The notes under the pieces were generated by a model, which saw only the letters and a list, made by a program, of their open reading frames with translations, did no database searches and was not told where the DNA came from. A DNA stretch of 64,000 nucleotides from Vicugna vicugna (Eukaryota): contig MU057377.1 of the NCBI GenBank assembly GCA_013265495.1, positions 310,001 to 374,000 on the forward strand, in the 5' to 3' direction. A program made the translations under genes and the position numbers. Below, piece by piece: positions 48,983-62,079 of this stretch. How positions within the stretch are numbered: the first letter of the stretch is position 1; each line of letters begins with the position of its first letter.

Positions 48983-49889
48983 CTGCAAAATTTCCCCGTG
49001 AAATTTCCAGGACAGCGGCAGGAGTAGCCCTTGGCATGGCTGATGCAGGTGGCCCCGCTGGCACACTGGTGACTCTGGCAGTGGTCCACGCCCACCTCGC
49101 AGTTCACACCGGTGTATCCAGGCTCACACCTGCAGTGATAGGCTGCTACCCTGTCCGAGCAGTTGCCGTGGATACAGGGGTCTGAAAGACATTCATCAAT
49201 GTCGCGTTCACAGCGGGGCCCTGACCATCCCTCAGGACAGGCGCAGTGATGAGAGCTGTACGTGTCCTCACAGTGTCCTCCGTGCAAGCAGGGGTTGGAC
49301 TTGCAGGCGTTTAACTGCAAACAGCCAGTGGCCACTGTATTTACCGAGACTTTGAGAAACTGCTCCTCCTGAGGCTTATTAAGGAAACCCCGGACGTTTT
49401 CGAAGTAAGAGAGGTGAACGCCACCAACCACTATTGTGCTTAGACAGCCCTGCAGGCCCTGCACGGGGCCGTCCGCTCGGCCCCCCACACAGATGTCCAC
49501 GTCCTCCTTCAGGAAGCTGAGGCTCCCAGTGGCGACCACGCTGGTCACCGGAGGTGTTTGGTGGTCCATTTCCATTTGCCACCTGGAAGCCTGGGCCAGT
49601 GGGTCAGTCATGGAGAGAGTCACCTGGTGCCACACGCCATCATCCACAGACTGTGAGCTCGTCAGACTCAGCCTGTAAAAACTATTGCCGCTTTGCAACT
49701 GAAATAATAAGCGGGAATCGCGAATGCTAACGTTAAGGAATTCAGGCTCCTTCTCGGCGTGCAGGATCTCCGCATTTGCAACCCTTGTTCTGAAACCGAA
49801 TGTGATGTTGGTGAGTTCTCTGGTAATATTCCCGTTGCTCCTGAATACTATTTCGCTGCTTTGCCCATTAAAAACAGCATTTGCAGTAC
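48983..49889 (-). CDS. CRB1: CRB1 exon 9 (907 nt): laminin-G 3 plus three EGF repeats
   Basis: Acceptor ctcttttcag|GT ACT GCA AAT ([35 protein letters not shown]...GLQGCLST...[10 protein letters not shown]...GNFTGKFCR); donor AG|gtgagt. Confidence 0.96.
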
Positions 49890-49959
49890 CTGAAAAGAGA
49901 AAGCAGTACCAAACAGTACCTTGATTAGATCTGGAATGCTTGCTTAATCACCTCCATTG

Positions 49960-50195
49960 GGGTTAGCGAGCACCACGTGTTGCCTGACGCGGGCCAGGCA
50001 CTGCATTGCTTGCTTTTGTATTATTTCATGTACAGAGTTCCTGAATACAGCTTTACTGTGGTTATGATAATCTCAGCTTTATAGAAGAGGAAACTGAGAC
50101 TCACAGAAGTGAAGTCATTTTCTCCTGGTCACGTGCCTAATAGATAAAAAAGCCAGGATATCAAACCTGGATGGTCTCGTACCAAAATCCAAGCC
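49960..50195 (-). mobile_element. MIR
   Basis: ctcagctttatagaagaggaaactgagactcacagaagtgaagtcattttctcctggtcac. Confidence 0.65.
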
Positions 50196-51059
50196 ATGCA
50201 TTTCTTCTCCATTGAAATCCTAACATATTCTGATGGTATCCTATCGGTTTACATCGTCTCCCTTAAGATAAGTTGTACTTAACCAAATGTTATTGAGACC
50301 TTTGGAAAGGTCAGAGGTGAGCTTTCTCCTCTTTCTGTGGTGGCAGCCCAGTGGCAGAGAAGAGTCACCCACGCCTTTCTGACATGGGACACCCGCATCC
50401 TTGATGCGGACCCCAAGAACAGAGTCTACCAGTGGGATGGTCCCCAGACTGCCACTGTTCCTAGAAACCCTCCTCCTTTTCCCCTGTGAAAACGTTCAAA
50501 ATGATTTAAACCCTTCTGCAGAACATAACTGGGACTAACAACTTCAGTGCTGCCCAAAGGTTTACAATAAAATTATTAACCAACAAACTATTTTAAGCAA
50601 ACCATTCAGAAGTAGAGCAACGGAAAAGGCTGCACTTGAAGTTTTGTGCCATTTCAGAGACCCGATCTCATCCTTTACACCAATTCATTGTGCTTTATAC
50701 ACGTGTGTAGCATATTGTTTCCTAAATATGAAATATAAGAGTGTATATATGCTTCTAAAAACCTTCCCCAAGTATACACATGGTGCATTACATTTCACAT
50801 ACCACTTTGACATATGATTTTAAACTGCAGAAACATAAAAGTAAATACATTCTTGTCCTCAGTCACTTTGGGACTCAGTCCAAATAGGACGTTGCTGATA
50901 CTGGCCTGAGGTCAGTCAATCCTCTCACTCTAGTCCGCTAATTTAGTGCAATGCTTTCCAAGGTATCTTATGCACTTTTCTGAAAAAAATGTATGCAGAT
51001 AATGTACTTAAATTCTAGAGCAGTTAAGTAAAAATACTGAGTTAAATTGAAGGAAAAAA

Positions 51060-51620
51060 TGATTCATTTAAGAAGCATTTACTGACAACTTCCTGTATGT
51101 TTGGCACCATTGTAAGCGCCAAGAGTAACGTGAGAAGCCAAATAGAAAACGTCCTCCCCTTTGGGAACTCATATTCAATTGAGGAAAAGGTGGCGACCAA
51201 GTGAACAAACGCGCGTATAACAGACATCCAGGGATGGTAAGAGACACGAAGGAAAAGGAAGGCAGGCAAGAGGACATCTGGGTAGAAAACAGAATGAAGT
51301 GATGAAGGCTGCTGGTGAAGCTCTGGGTTGAGAGGATTCTGGGGTGCCTGGGAGCCTGACCGATGGGGCAGAATAAAGGACAGAGTAAGACATCGATGCA
51401 TATTGAGGACGACTCTTAGAGGGTTTCTCCCGCTATAAAGGGCACAGGAGCATGGGTGGTGGCTAGAGGTGGTGGGGTGGGGTGGGGTGTCAAGGGAAAA
51501 AGCCTGTAACGAGAAATTGTCAGTCTGTTTACAGGCTGATGGAGAAACTGATGATGCTGGCAAGGGAGAGAAAAATTTTGGAAGCAAAATCTTTGAACAA
51601 GGAGAAGAAATTAAAAATGA
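51060..51620 (-). mobile_element. L2 fragment
   Basis: attcatttaagaagcatttactgacaacttcctgtatgtttggcaccattgtaagcgc is the reverse of the L2 3' end. Confidence 0.55.
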
Positions 51621-52317
51621 GTGCAAACACCGATGGTTGCCTACAGACTGAACTCTGCATTATTTGAAGTAGGAGAAAAGACAGGATACCAGTAAAAGTG
51701 TGGCTAGTACGCAGATAGGTCAAAATTGTGAAGACAGGGTTTAAATTGCTTACATGGGGGAATTTGCGCTCGGTAGTACTGGATTTGGGCAGGAAAGTCG
51801 TTCAGATTGAGGGAAATACTGCTGACAAGCATTAACTGAGGGCCTGATGCGTTTGGCTCTGTACACACGAGGTCATGTCGTCATCACACACACACACGGA
51901 TGTATCTTCTATCCTTATGCTACAGAGGAAGCCTAAGACTACGGAGACGCTGCCTCCCAGGTGGCCCTTGGCCACGAGCTCACACTGGCACCTTTATTCC
52001 GTGCTGCCAGCAACGAGAAAAGCAGAGCCAAATATCACCCGGTTAATTCTGTCTTCCCAAAGTCGCCTTAAGTGATCGAGGATCTCGGTCTGGTGGCGCT
52101 CTGACTCCACCTCCCACCCCGATGCCCAGGGGCAGGGCAAGGCCCAGGCGCCTCTGGTTCATCAAACTCCTGTTTGGTCTGCTCCACTGCCACTCGCTCT
52201 GGGAGAAGCCACCCATCTGGTGAGCGGAATTTGTCTGTATTCGTTTTCTGGGTTGAGTCATAGGACACGTGAAATGCCAGCTTAACTGGGTGGGTGACAC
52301 GTCTGAACTCCACCTAC

Positions 52318-52483
52318 ATTCAAATCCTCCAGGCACCTGCTGGCACCGGGCGCCGGGGGGACACGGGCCGAGCTCGCACCAGCGCACGTCCTGGCAGGTC
52401 TTCCCAGCTGTGTTGGCGGGGCAGGCACAGGAGAAGTCGTCCCACAGGGCGTAGCAGACGCCTCCGTTGTAACAGGGGTTGGG
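52318..52483 (-). CDS. CRB1: CRB1 exon 8 (166 nt): EGF-like
   Basis: Acceptor ggctcag|CCC AAC CCC TGT ([55 protein letters not shown]); donor T|gtaggt. A Cys codon is split across exons 8/9 (T|GT). Confidence 0.95.
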
Positions 52484-52709
52484 CTGAGCCGGAAACAAAT
52501 CAAAGGCGTAAAAAGCACTGGCAGCTACAGACGGGGAGCAGTCAAGGCAAGACCCACATCTCCTAATGCTGACTGCCTGCATGTTCACATCTCCGCCTCT
52601 GTATGCTCACTGGTTAGTAAAGACGCGCTGCGACCATCGGGAGGGAGGAAATGAGAAAGAAAGGAAAACACGTGACATCGATCTCCTATGACACAACTTT
52701 ATACGGTGT

Positions 52710-53310
52710 TGTAAAAGATGTAGTAATACTCTCTGTAATTCACAGGCTACCAGACCCTTTCAATGACACTGATGACCATTTAAGTTGGAGATTATTACTC
52801 CTGCTTTTTACTGACGAGGAAGCTGAGGTCCCTCTTGTTGTCTGAGATCAAGCAAAAGTCAAAGAGGGCAGCGTGGGACTTGGATCCTGTGGGTCCCCAT
52901 ACAGTGACCCCCCGCCCCCGTTTTTCTCTGCCTCTGAATCAGAAACAGATTATTATAATTTGACTTCACCCAAGGTTTCTCACAAAGTCTTCCAAATGAA
53001 AGTATTTAAGAAGGACTTTCTGAGAGCTCAGTCTGTAGTCATCCTGTTCCCCTGTCACCACGTGATCTAGGGACACAACCTTCCTGAACGCCAGTCTCCG
53101 TATCGGTAATTAACATACACGGAGATGATGACGATGCCTGCTTTGCACGGGAGTCCTTCTACACAATGCGACGGACGGATCCGTGTGAAATAGTCCCTGG
53201 CACGCTGGTGGTGCCCCCGTAGTAACGCCACAATGACCCATTTCTGTTTATTTAGAAGTGAGCCCAGTGCGTGACGACAGTCAGAGCTCAGTAAGTGCTC
53301 AACAGATATA
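52710..53310. mobile_element. Two MIR fragments in opposite orientations
   Basis: ttttactgacgaggaagctgaggtc (about 52810) and cacgtgatctagggacacaaccttcctgaacgccagtctccgtatcggtaa (about 53060). Confidence 0.45.
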
Positions 53311-53868
53311 AATGCATTTCCTTCTCTTCCTTTGAAAGGTCATGCCAACAAATTCACATATTGAAGTAGATTTTAGACGTGCACACAAAATATAAAGTAA
53401 AGCATGGGCTCTGAGTAATTACATTTCAGAGAGATTATTTCAAATCCAACTCCCAGAAAGAAGATGCCTTTCAGATTTTTTTTTCTTATTAATACATGTT
53501 CAGAACAATGGTCATTGGGCACTTAAGGTAAAGTTAACAGTATCTTTCAAAATGAGTTCATTCAGTGAAACCTCTGGGATTTGGGAATTAAAATATGATT
53601 ATTCTTAAGTAATTCCGTTGTTATGTAGAATGTGTAGATCTCTTGGTTGGTTAAACAGACCATGATGACAACAAGGTCAAGGTTTTATTTTTACGGCTCA
53701 GCATAAATCCCCCAGACTTGCCAGGAAAATACTGATGCAGAATTATTCTGTGGCTGGTGGGTCAGTGACATCACCGTCACATACAAAGAACAGTTACAAC
53801 AAATGATCTGTTTAATGAAGTGCAGCCTTGGCACACAATATGGACATGGCTGGTATGAATAACCCTAC

Positions 53869-54416
53869 CTCACACACGTTGTCCCCAGGACAGCCTTGGG
53901 TCACGTTGACAAGAACTGCACTGTGGGCTGCCTTGCTCGTTGAATTTGGGAAGAACTCCAGGCTTTCGTTGTTTAATCTTATATCTTGAATACAGCCTTT
54001 GAAGAAGCCACCGTTAACTTCAGTCTCTTGTCTGTCAGGCAGGCCACCAATATAGAGGACATCTCCGCTTTGGAATTTCCATGTAGGAGCAGAAATAAAT
54101 CCTAGGTTTTGTGACGACTGATACAGCTCAATTTTATTTGGCTTGATTTTCAAAGATATCAAGTGGACATTTCCATCGCTGAGAACAAATTTTGTTAATA
54201 ATTTGGAAGAACTCGGAGTCAGCATAGCTAGTCGGCCACGTTCCAGCCAGACACGGAGGTGTCGGTAAGCGCTGTGACCCACAATGAGAAGTAAGCCCGA
54301 CGGGCGGTGTGTTCGAACAAACATGGAGAGGGTGACGTCCTCTCCGTAAGTCTCGTCCAGATGAAAAGCGGCGTATCCAGTGGAGTCATCTTGGCCAAAT
54401 CTGCCTGCCACGTACT
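53869..54416 (-). CDS. CRB1: CRB1 exon 7 (548 nt): laminin-G 2
   Basis: Acceptor gatactaaag|AG TAC GTG ([15 protein letters not shown]...LYIGGLPD...[12 protein letters not shown]...[10 protein letters not shown]); donor GAG|gtaggg. Phase 1-0. Confidence 0.95.
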
Positions 54417-54495
54417 CTTTAGTATCAAAATACAGGAGAAGAAACAAAAGAGAAACACCATAAGACTCGCAAATAAACAGCAGCAAAAGGTGAAA

Positions 54496-54543
54496 TATAT
54501 ATACATATATATATATGCACACACATATACACACACACACACA
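54496..54543 (+). repeat. (TA)n/(CA)n compound microsatellite just upstream of the exon 7 acceptor
   Basis: atatatacatatatatatatgcacacacatatacacacacacacaca. Confidence 0.85.
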
Positions 54544-55159
54544 AGTACATCCATATTTTTGAAAGTCCAGGACAGGCTTATTCAATAGAATGACAGTTTG
54601 GCCTGACTTTCCGAACTTCGGGATTTACTTTATTCTGAAAACAACGCGATTTTGGTTTATAGCTTATAGGTGAGGTCCACTGATCACGAAAGAGAAAGAG
54701 AAGATTTCTGCACAGATAAACTTTTGAACCTCTATTAAATTGCCCTAAAAAGGTGGCGCTTAAGGTGGAATATCAGAGACGACTGTACTGCAACTTGGTT
54801 TGGAGAAATTTGGGGGCAAGAGCTCTTCCTGCAACACCTGGAAGCCGACGAGTCAAGCAGGCGTCATCTTTCCTGCTTGGGGCTGTGCTCAAGCGAATGG
54901 CGTAAACCTCATCATTCCTCGTAAAGGACAGAAATCAAGCGTTAGATCTGCAGATCCTCTTCTGGGATAATAGTCGTGAGAGGCAAGGCAGCTGAACAAG
55001 GGACGACAAGGACTGTTCCTTCGGTGGTCCTGGGGGGAGGAGAGGCTTGGGGACAGGGGACTAGGGCAGAGCGGAGTGCTGAACCCACCCAGCGTTTCCT
55101 GGGATCAGAGAAGTTTGTGATGTGGTGACATGGCAACACTACCGACGTGCGGCATGACA

Positions 55160-56105
55160 TGAAAACTGGAGAAGTATGAAAATGAACGCTGACCTCCCAA
55201 AGCACTGATGAGGTGGTAGGAGCAGAGTACTTGCTCTCCTAGAGCTGAGATTCTAGTTGGTGGAGAACAGGCCAGACCCGGGTAAAGAAGCAAAGTATAC
55301 AGTATGTCAGGCGGAGGCAGATTCTCTGACAGAAAGTCAGTCAGGCAGAGAAGGGGGCGAGGAGAGCTGGGGGTGGGAGCGCAGCTGTCGTTTTTAAGCG
55401 GACTAGTCAGGGAGGAACTGTCCAGAAGGTAACATTTGAGCAAAACCCTGAAGAAAATAGAGATATTATTGCAGAAGTTCAAGAGAGAAATGATGGTGGC
55501 TTGGGTCAGTGGTAATGGTGAAGATGGAGGGAGGTGGTCAGATTTCAGAAATGTTTTGGTAGAACCAACACGATATTCTGGGGCAAGTTTGTCTCCAAGG
55601 TTTTTGGTCCAAGTAACCAGAAACGCTGCGTTTCCATTCGCCGAGATGGAGAAGAACGCAGGAGGAGCAGGTCTGGGGGGAAGGCGGGAGTCCATGTCAA
55701 ATCTGAGACACCCTATTAGCTCTCCCGATGGCAACGCCCAGTAAGTAGCAGACAGAGCGGTTCGGGGGAGACGTTCCGGGCTGGCCATAGTCATTTTGGA
55801 TTTTTCCGTGTAAATATGGCATTTAACGCCGTAAGGTCGGAGGAGAGCACCAAGAGAGTGAATGGAGAGAGAGAGGAGGAGAGGTCCAGGAACCATTCAG
55901 AGGTAAAGGAGACAACACAGGAGTAAGATGGAAAGAGAACCCAGAGAGAGGGATGTCCCACAACCCTCGTGAGGAAAGAACTCTCAGGAAGAGGGAGTAT
56001 CCAGCTGTGGGGACTGTTGCGAGAGGTCACGTAGGATGAGGCCTGAAAATTGACCGCTGGATTTTGCAATCTGGAAATCACCCAAGAGCTTGACAAGAGC
56101 ATCGT
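55160..56105 (-). mobile_element. L2 fragment (~950 bp)
   Basis: ttgctctcctagagctgagattctagttgg...ggtaacatttgagcaaaaccctgaag...gattttgcaatctggaaatcacccaagagcttgacaagagc; explains ORF 55105..55896. Confidence 0.65.
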
Positions 56106-58896
56106 CTGAACGATACTTTCATCTTCAAGGCTTTACATCCCAATCCCAGCCAGAAAAAACGAGTCGTACCCCAGCGTGTTTTAAGGGCCGCCCTCTGGTT
56201 CCACTGAGGACTGAGCACAGGTAAGACGTGTTTTAGTTCAGCCGAACTGCAGTGAAACTCGCTTAGGCTGCCATCTGTGTTTTTGATGACCTCCCGCATC
56301 AAAGGCTACATTTTCAGAATCCTGCCTTGATTCTGACAGGCACGTTATATTTGGAATCTGCATTTGGAGACCGCCTGCTCCAGGCAACTACAGGTAGCTT
56401 TCAAAGCGCACTGCTAGGCGTACCAATCCGTTTGAAGAGGCGAACATCTCTGATGCGTGGCAGCAGTTTCGCATGAGATAAAATGCTTTAATAGGAGAAT
56501 GTGGCTCTTGAAGTTCCTGAGGTTTGAGAACATGCACAGAGTCACTCTGCCTCAGGGGTGGCGGGTCCCCACTGGTCATCCCACGATGCCTGCAGCGTCA
56601 CTTTGTGGATCCAGATGAAAAGACAGAACACAGAGCTGGTTTTTATTCTCAGCTGCTCGACTCTCCAGTAGCAAGCCTGTTCTTCAGAAATCACGAGCAG
56701 GCAGTCAGAGCATGTGATTGACTGCATGATTTTCGAAACACCCAACGCCATATATGACTTGTCTGTGGACATGGGAAGAATGATTCTCGTATGTGTTGTT
56801 GATAAGTCATGAAGAGGGATGACAGATACGGATGAAAAATAATCCAGGTTTTAATGGTTGGCAGAATACAACAAGAAGAATTTGATTGAGAATAAATAAA
56901 AGCCATTTGTGTCTAAATAGACCTCACCAGTTTAGGGTGGAAGACGCAGAGGTCTGGGGCACCATGAGTGAGAACAGCTCAGAGTGATCATAGAACATGG
57001 CTGCTGAGAGGTCAATCCGATATCAGGCTGCAAAATAGAAGAACGTTACCTAGAATGAGGAAGGTTACAGTCCTGTGTCACTGCACCGCCAGCTACATTG
57101 AGGAGCCAGATAAGCAAATTGAGTCCAGAGCCAGCAGGCAGCTGATGGAGTGTCTGAAAACGATGTCCTATGGAAAGTGTTTAGCATGATGGGAGTGATG
57201 GCTTGGATAAGACAGGACAGGACAAGACACTTCTCTTCAAATATTTGTGTTCTCAAGAAGGAGACATGTAAGATTGGTACTGGCTTCAAGAGTGACAGTG
57301 CTGCCAATGCATGCAACTTATGGTGACCATGTTTTATTTCAGTACAAAGAAACAACTTTGTGGGGATTTCTGGGAAGATGCAGTCTGGGTGAGTTCCCTG
57401 AAGGTGTGTAAGCAAGACGTTTGGGCCATTTGGCAGGCACAACAGTGTGAAAAAATTCAGTCATGGAGTGAAGCCCCTTCTGCATCTAAGAAACTCTAAG
57501 AGGTTAAGCGTCTCAAAGCTAAGGTGTATTCTGAAGACAAAACATGTGTAGACTGCCTCTATAAATCAAATCTTCTCTAGAAGGCAAGAGGGTGGTGGTG
57601 CATTTATCCTCAACAGAACCTCGGAGGCTCCACGTTCTGCTCACATGCTCATAGCCAACACGCCAAGGGACACTGAGATGACATTTCTGGGAATGAAGCT
57701 CTAAGGAATACTCTTCAGAACTCCTTATTGAGACACTTGATTATTTTTAAAAAGATCAGCCTTAAAATATAGAAAGTCTGTCTTTCACATTCAGGCTGCC
57801 AGCGAACTCCTCTGCCCGGTCTGTTTGCTCATGGCAGTGGGGACCACGTTTGGGAAACGCTGAGCTGAGATCATGAATTGGGTGAAGTCTTTCTTGTACA
57901 GTTTAGCACATCTCCTCTCTTTCGAACATCCGTGTGAAATGACAGAAAGACTCCGAGTTCTCAAGACAATTTCTAAGGGTCTTTTGTGATGGGAACAAAC
58001 TCTCCAGCAAACATTCCTTCAAGATGACAGCAAAAACACAATATTTTAATTTTATGACTAAGAGGTGACATGAGAAATATAATTTTCCTTAAACTTCTAA
58101 CAAGAATCTTCAGAAAGAGAAGATTTTACAGAAATTACTTCCTAAAAAGCTATCTTTTGAAGCCAAGCATCTTCATGAAGGTTTAACAGTTTCAGCTAGT
58201 AGGAGGCGGGCAGTGGGGGCAAGGAAACTGCAGGAAGAGAGCGGACAGGCAACCAGCCCAGGAACTGGGCTTAAAAACTTTGTGATTTTCCAAGTTGGGG
58301 GGAAAAATAATAAACTAAAGAAAAGCAGAACCCGCTGGATTGGCATCTCGTGACTCTATTTACCAGGACAGTTAGCAATCCTGTGGTCGGTGTTAACCTC
58401 AGGGGTCACCGCATTTGGAAGCCAGTCAAAATGAGTCCGCATCTGTTTGTTATTTTGTATATGTAGTAAAAATATTGCCTTGACTCAATTAAATTTTTCT
58501 TCAAAAAGTGAACACTGCCCCCATATAATTTCCCCCTTCCTCCTTTTTAAAAAAAATCACAAAACAACCTGCCATTCCACTTAAAATATTGCATAGAGCT
58601 AGTAGATGTCATAGCCCATTGCCAAGCAGGTCCATGATTTGTAATGAATATTGTGGTCAGAGGGAGACCCGTGAAGGGTTTCTAATAACTCTTAGCCCGT
58701 CTACACGGAGCAGGGTATCCGCTAAGACTGGTTTCAATTTCTCTTCATACGAAGCAGAGAAGACTATTCATCAGAGGTTGTCCCACTTCAAGTGACTCTA
58801 AAATCGTGGGGTAAATTACAGCTGCACTTCAAAGCAGTCTGTTGCAATTACCTTTCCGACATTTTCGATGCAAGACAATAATAATAAAAAAAAGAA

Positions 58897-59100
58897 GAAC
58901 AAGTTCATACTGTAGGGCACGGAGAACTATATGCAACATCTTGTGGTAACTTGTGGTGAAAAAGAACATGAAAGCGAATATATGCGTGTTCATGGATGAC
59001 TGGGGCATCGTGCTGCACACCAGAAACGGACACAACACTGTACACTGACTAGACGTCAATAAAAATACATATACATTTACAAAAAGTAAACAATAAAAAG
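58897..59100 (+). mobile_element. Short L1 3' end with A-rich tail
   Basis: aacaagttcatactgtagggcacggagaactatatgcaa...gaaaaagaacatgaaa...atgactggggcatcgtgctgcacaccagaaa...caataaaaa. Confidence 0.8.
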
Positions 59101-59850
59101 GAAGAGGTATGCATTGATCACTAGCAACAGCAGTCTCTGGACCCATGTTGGAAGCAAGGCTTTGGAAGCATATTTCAAACTGATTTGCTAGAGAAATCAG
59201 CCCAGTGAGTTCATGGCACCTGCCAAGTTTCAGTGTTGTTACTCTCCACATTTTCTTTTACTTTTTTTTCTTTTTTGCTTTAGCTTTGTATGTAGAGTAC
59301 TTGTTTTCTCCAGCGCAGCTCTGGAAAATATACCTTTGAATAAAACTGGTGGTTTTTAAAAGCTCTGAATGTAAGCGTGATTTGGGAGCAAGTGTGAACT
59401 GAGCAGAATGGAGGGACAGGAGGTAAATACGTTCTAAGAGCCTAGTGTGCACAAGACGTCGTGCCAGCACCTGGCACTGACTAGTTTCAGCTCTCAGGGT
59501 CCTCTTTCTCCAAAAGATGATTTCCCTTTCAAATAAGACAGTAAATTTCCGATACACAACAAAGGGTCAAATTGTAACAGCATTTTGTGCACACCCAGAT
59601 GAAAACCCACTTGGATAGGAGCTATGGGCTTATTTTTCGCTTCTCTGCAGGAGCGAGACCCTGGTGTCCTGTGAGGCCACTCAGGTTTACTGAACCCCCG
59701 TCAGTAGCCTCCTCGTTTTCCCAGGCACCAGGCGGCCGGCCGCAGGGTTCTGAGGGGTCGTTCTGCTTCACGACGGGCAGGACCAGGCTGGCTGTCTGGT
59801 CACCGCCCTGCTCGGAGGCCCCGCCCTCCTGGGTCCCCAGGCGTGCTCAC

Positions 59851-60807
59851 CTCCGTGACAGTCGGGGCCCTGGTAGGGCCTGTAGCAATCACACCGGTAA
59901 CTCAGCCACAGGTTGAAGCAGCGGCCTCTGTGCTGACAAGGCTGGCTTTCACACTGGTCCTGTCTCACGCAGCCCGCCCCGACGTTCAGGGAGGCCCTGG
60001 GTGTGACGTTCTCCGCGGTGATGAGATTCGAGCCCATCTGAATGTCTTGGAGACAACCTATAAACGAGGGTGTGTGTGGTACGGTCGAGACGTCCAGGTC
60101 CAGCAGAGCCACACCACTGGGGGTCGTTCCCTCGGGTAAACCCCCCAGAAAGGAGTTCTGGAAAGCACATGTCGACCCACCCCTTCCAAATGGAGAAGGA
60201 GCTCTGGTGATGCAGGTTCCCCTGCAGGAGGGGTCCAGTAAGGCAAGGGTCACAGCCTCTGCAAACGTCACCTCCACTGAATGCCACTCTCCATCGCTGG
60301 TGTCATGGGAGACGAGCAAGACCACCTCTGACTGGTTACTGACTTGAACTGATAAGTGAACGTAGCCACTTAGCAACTCCAGTGTCATGGACCCGTCCCT
60401 GTCCCCTCGGAAAAGCAGAAGAGCTGTTGGCTGGACAGTCTGAAACCTGAGGGCTATGTTACAGCCTGAGTCCTTGGCCGAGTCACTTGTGACCCACAGG
60501 AAGCCATCGCCCTCAAAAGAAAGCGTGGTGACAGTTTCACACAGTGACCCGGTGTAGCCAGGTGGACACAGGCAGCGGAAGCCGTGCTGGCCGTCTTGGA
60601 GGTGAGGGATGCACGTCCCATGATGCAGACACGGGCGGTCGGTGCAGCCCAGGAGGATGTCAGAACAGTCCCTTCCCCCGTACTGTGCCCCAGGAAGGGT
60701 GTCCAATGGGCAAAGGCAAGTGTAGTTCCCTGGCGAGTTCTCACAGGTACCGCCGTTCCGACAAGGGCTCGAAGAACACTCGTCAATGTCCTCTTCACAG
60801 TGGATTC
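59851..60807 (-). CDS. CRB1: CRB1 exon 6 (957 nt): EGF repeats, laminin-G 1, EGF
   Basis: Acceptor gttgcacag|GA ATC CAC TGT GAA GAG ([20 protein letters not shown]...), then [11 protein letters not shown]...FIGCLQDI...[12 protein letters not shown]; donor GGAG|gtgagc. Phase 1-1. Confidence 0.96.
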
Positions 60808-61811
60808 CTGTGCAACGGTAAAGAACAGGCTGGAATTACATCTCTTGAGATCAAAATAGAAGTTTCACTTAATTTTCATGTATCATCTTGTGGAAGTGCA
60901 GAGCCAGCTCAGGTTGAGGACAGTGATGGATTAAAAAAAAATGTGAATAGTTATCGAGGAAGCTGACACCAAAGCCACCGTTCTGCCTGGACGGTGCAGC
61001 GACGTGCAGTCAGGGCAAACCTCGAATTCTTCCTCTAGAAACAGAGCGTTTACCAAAAACAGTGGTTGACTCAAACTGTCGTTTCCAGACACGTGTGTGA
61101 TACTGAATATCTTAATTTTTTTTTTTAAAGAGAGAGCGAGATTGCTCCTGGCAGCAACGCTAGATACAGTTTATTTGCTTGGGGACGTGTTTTTCCTTCC
61201 TGGGCTGCTAATTTCACTCTGTTCTGCTTGGAAACACTGCTCTGCCTTCTACAGTTTTGGGGCCTTCCCACAACCCCTGGACACACAGACAGTCCAGACA
61301 ACTGTCTCTGCAGAGAGTTTCCGAGGAAGCTGGAAGGTCCCAGTTCCTCCTGGCCACAACTCTAGTATAAAACGAAATCCCATAACAAGCTCTGGGGTCT
61401 AGTTCACTGACTTTCCTTTACTCTTTTTTCCTGATTCTAAGTCACAAAAAAGATACCTAACTAGAGAATTGTTAGAACGCATTTAATCAAAGTAACAAAA
61501 AGAAATATAACACATTTTAAGAGTGCTGGTTATTGCCTTTCAATGAAGTCCCAGTGAACAAATAACGTTACCAAAAACTGACACGTGTAGCACTTTACAG
61601 TTTCGCCAACACTGTCATGCATGTTATGTGTTTGTGTTTAACCGCGATCTCCTAGCTCTCTTCAACAGACAACAGTGAGGCTTAGAAAGATTGACATCTG
61701 AACTCCAAGGCACTTCTACAATCTGGTTTCTAGATTTTTAAAATCCAATTGGACACCTTCTGTTTTTCACTTGATATTTTAGTGCAGTCTTGTTTGTTGT
61801 GACTACTGATG

Positions 61812-61990
61812 GGTCTTTCTTTGGATATCTACTCATAAGTGGGATTGCTGGATTGTATGGTAGTTCTATTTTTAATTTTTAAAAAATGATTGTTAGGTTT
61901 ATTTATTTACTTAATGGAGGTACTGAGGATCGAGGCCAGGACCTCGTGCGTGCTAAGCATGTGCTCTGCCACTGAGCTACACCCTTCCCG
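61812..61990 (-). mobile_element. L1 fragment (61812-61880) next to a Vic-1-like SINE (61890-61990)
   Basis: tttggatatctactcataagtgggattgctggattgtatggtagttctattttt, then ttaggtttatttatttacttaatggaggtactgaggatcgaggccaggacctcgtgcgtgctaagcatgtgctctgccactgagctacaccc. Confidence 0.75.
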
Positions 61991-62079
61991 CTTCACATGT
62001 CTTTCTTATTTTCCCATTTAGCTGTGCTTAAATGTGTGCTCCTTTAAATTTAATCAGAGGCTCCTACATGGATGATGTT

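Noticed and set aside
54417..54585. In-frame hydrophobic N-terminal extension of exon 7 resembling a signal peptide
   Set aside because: It is translated (TG)n/(TA)n microsatellite and polypyrimidine tract, and the start is TTG; chance open frame.
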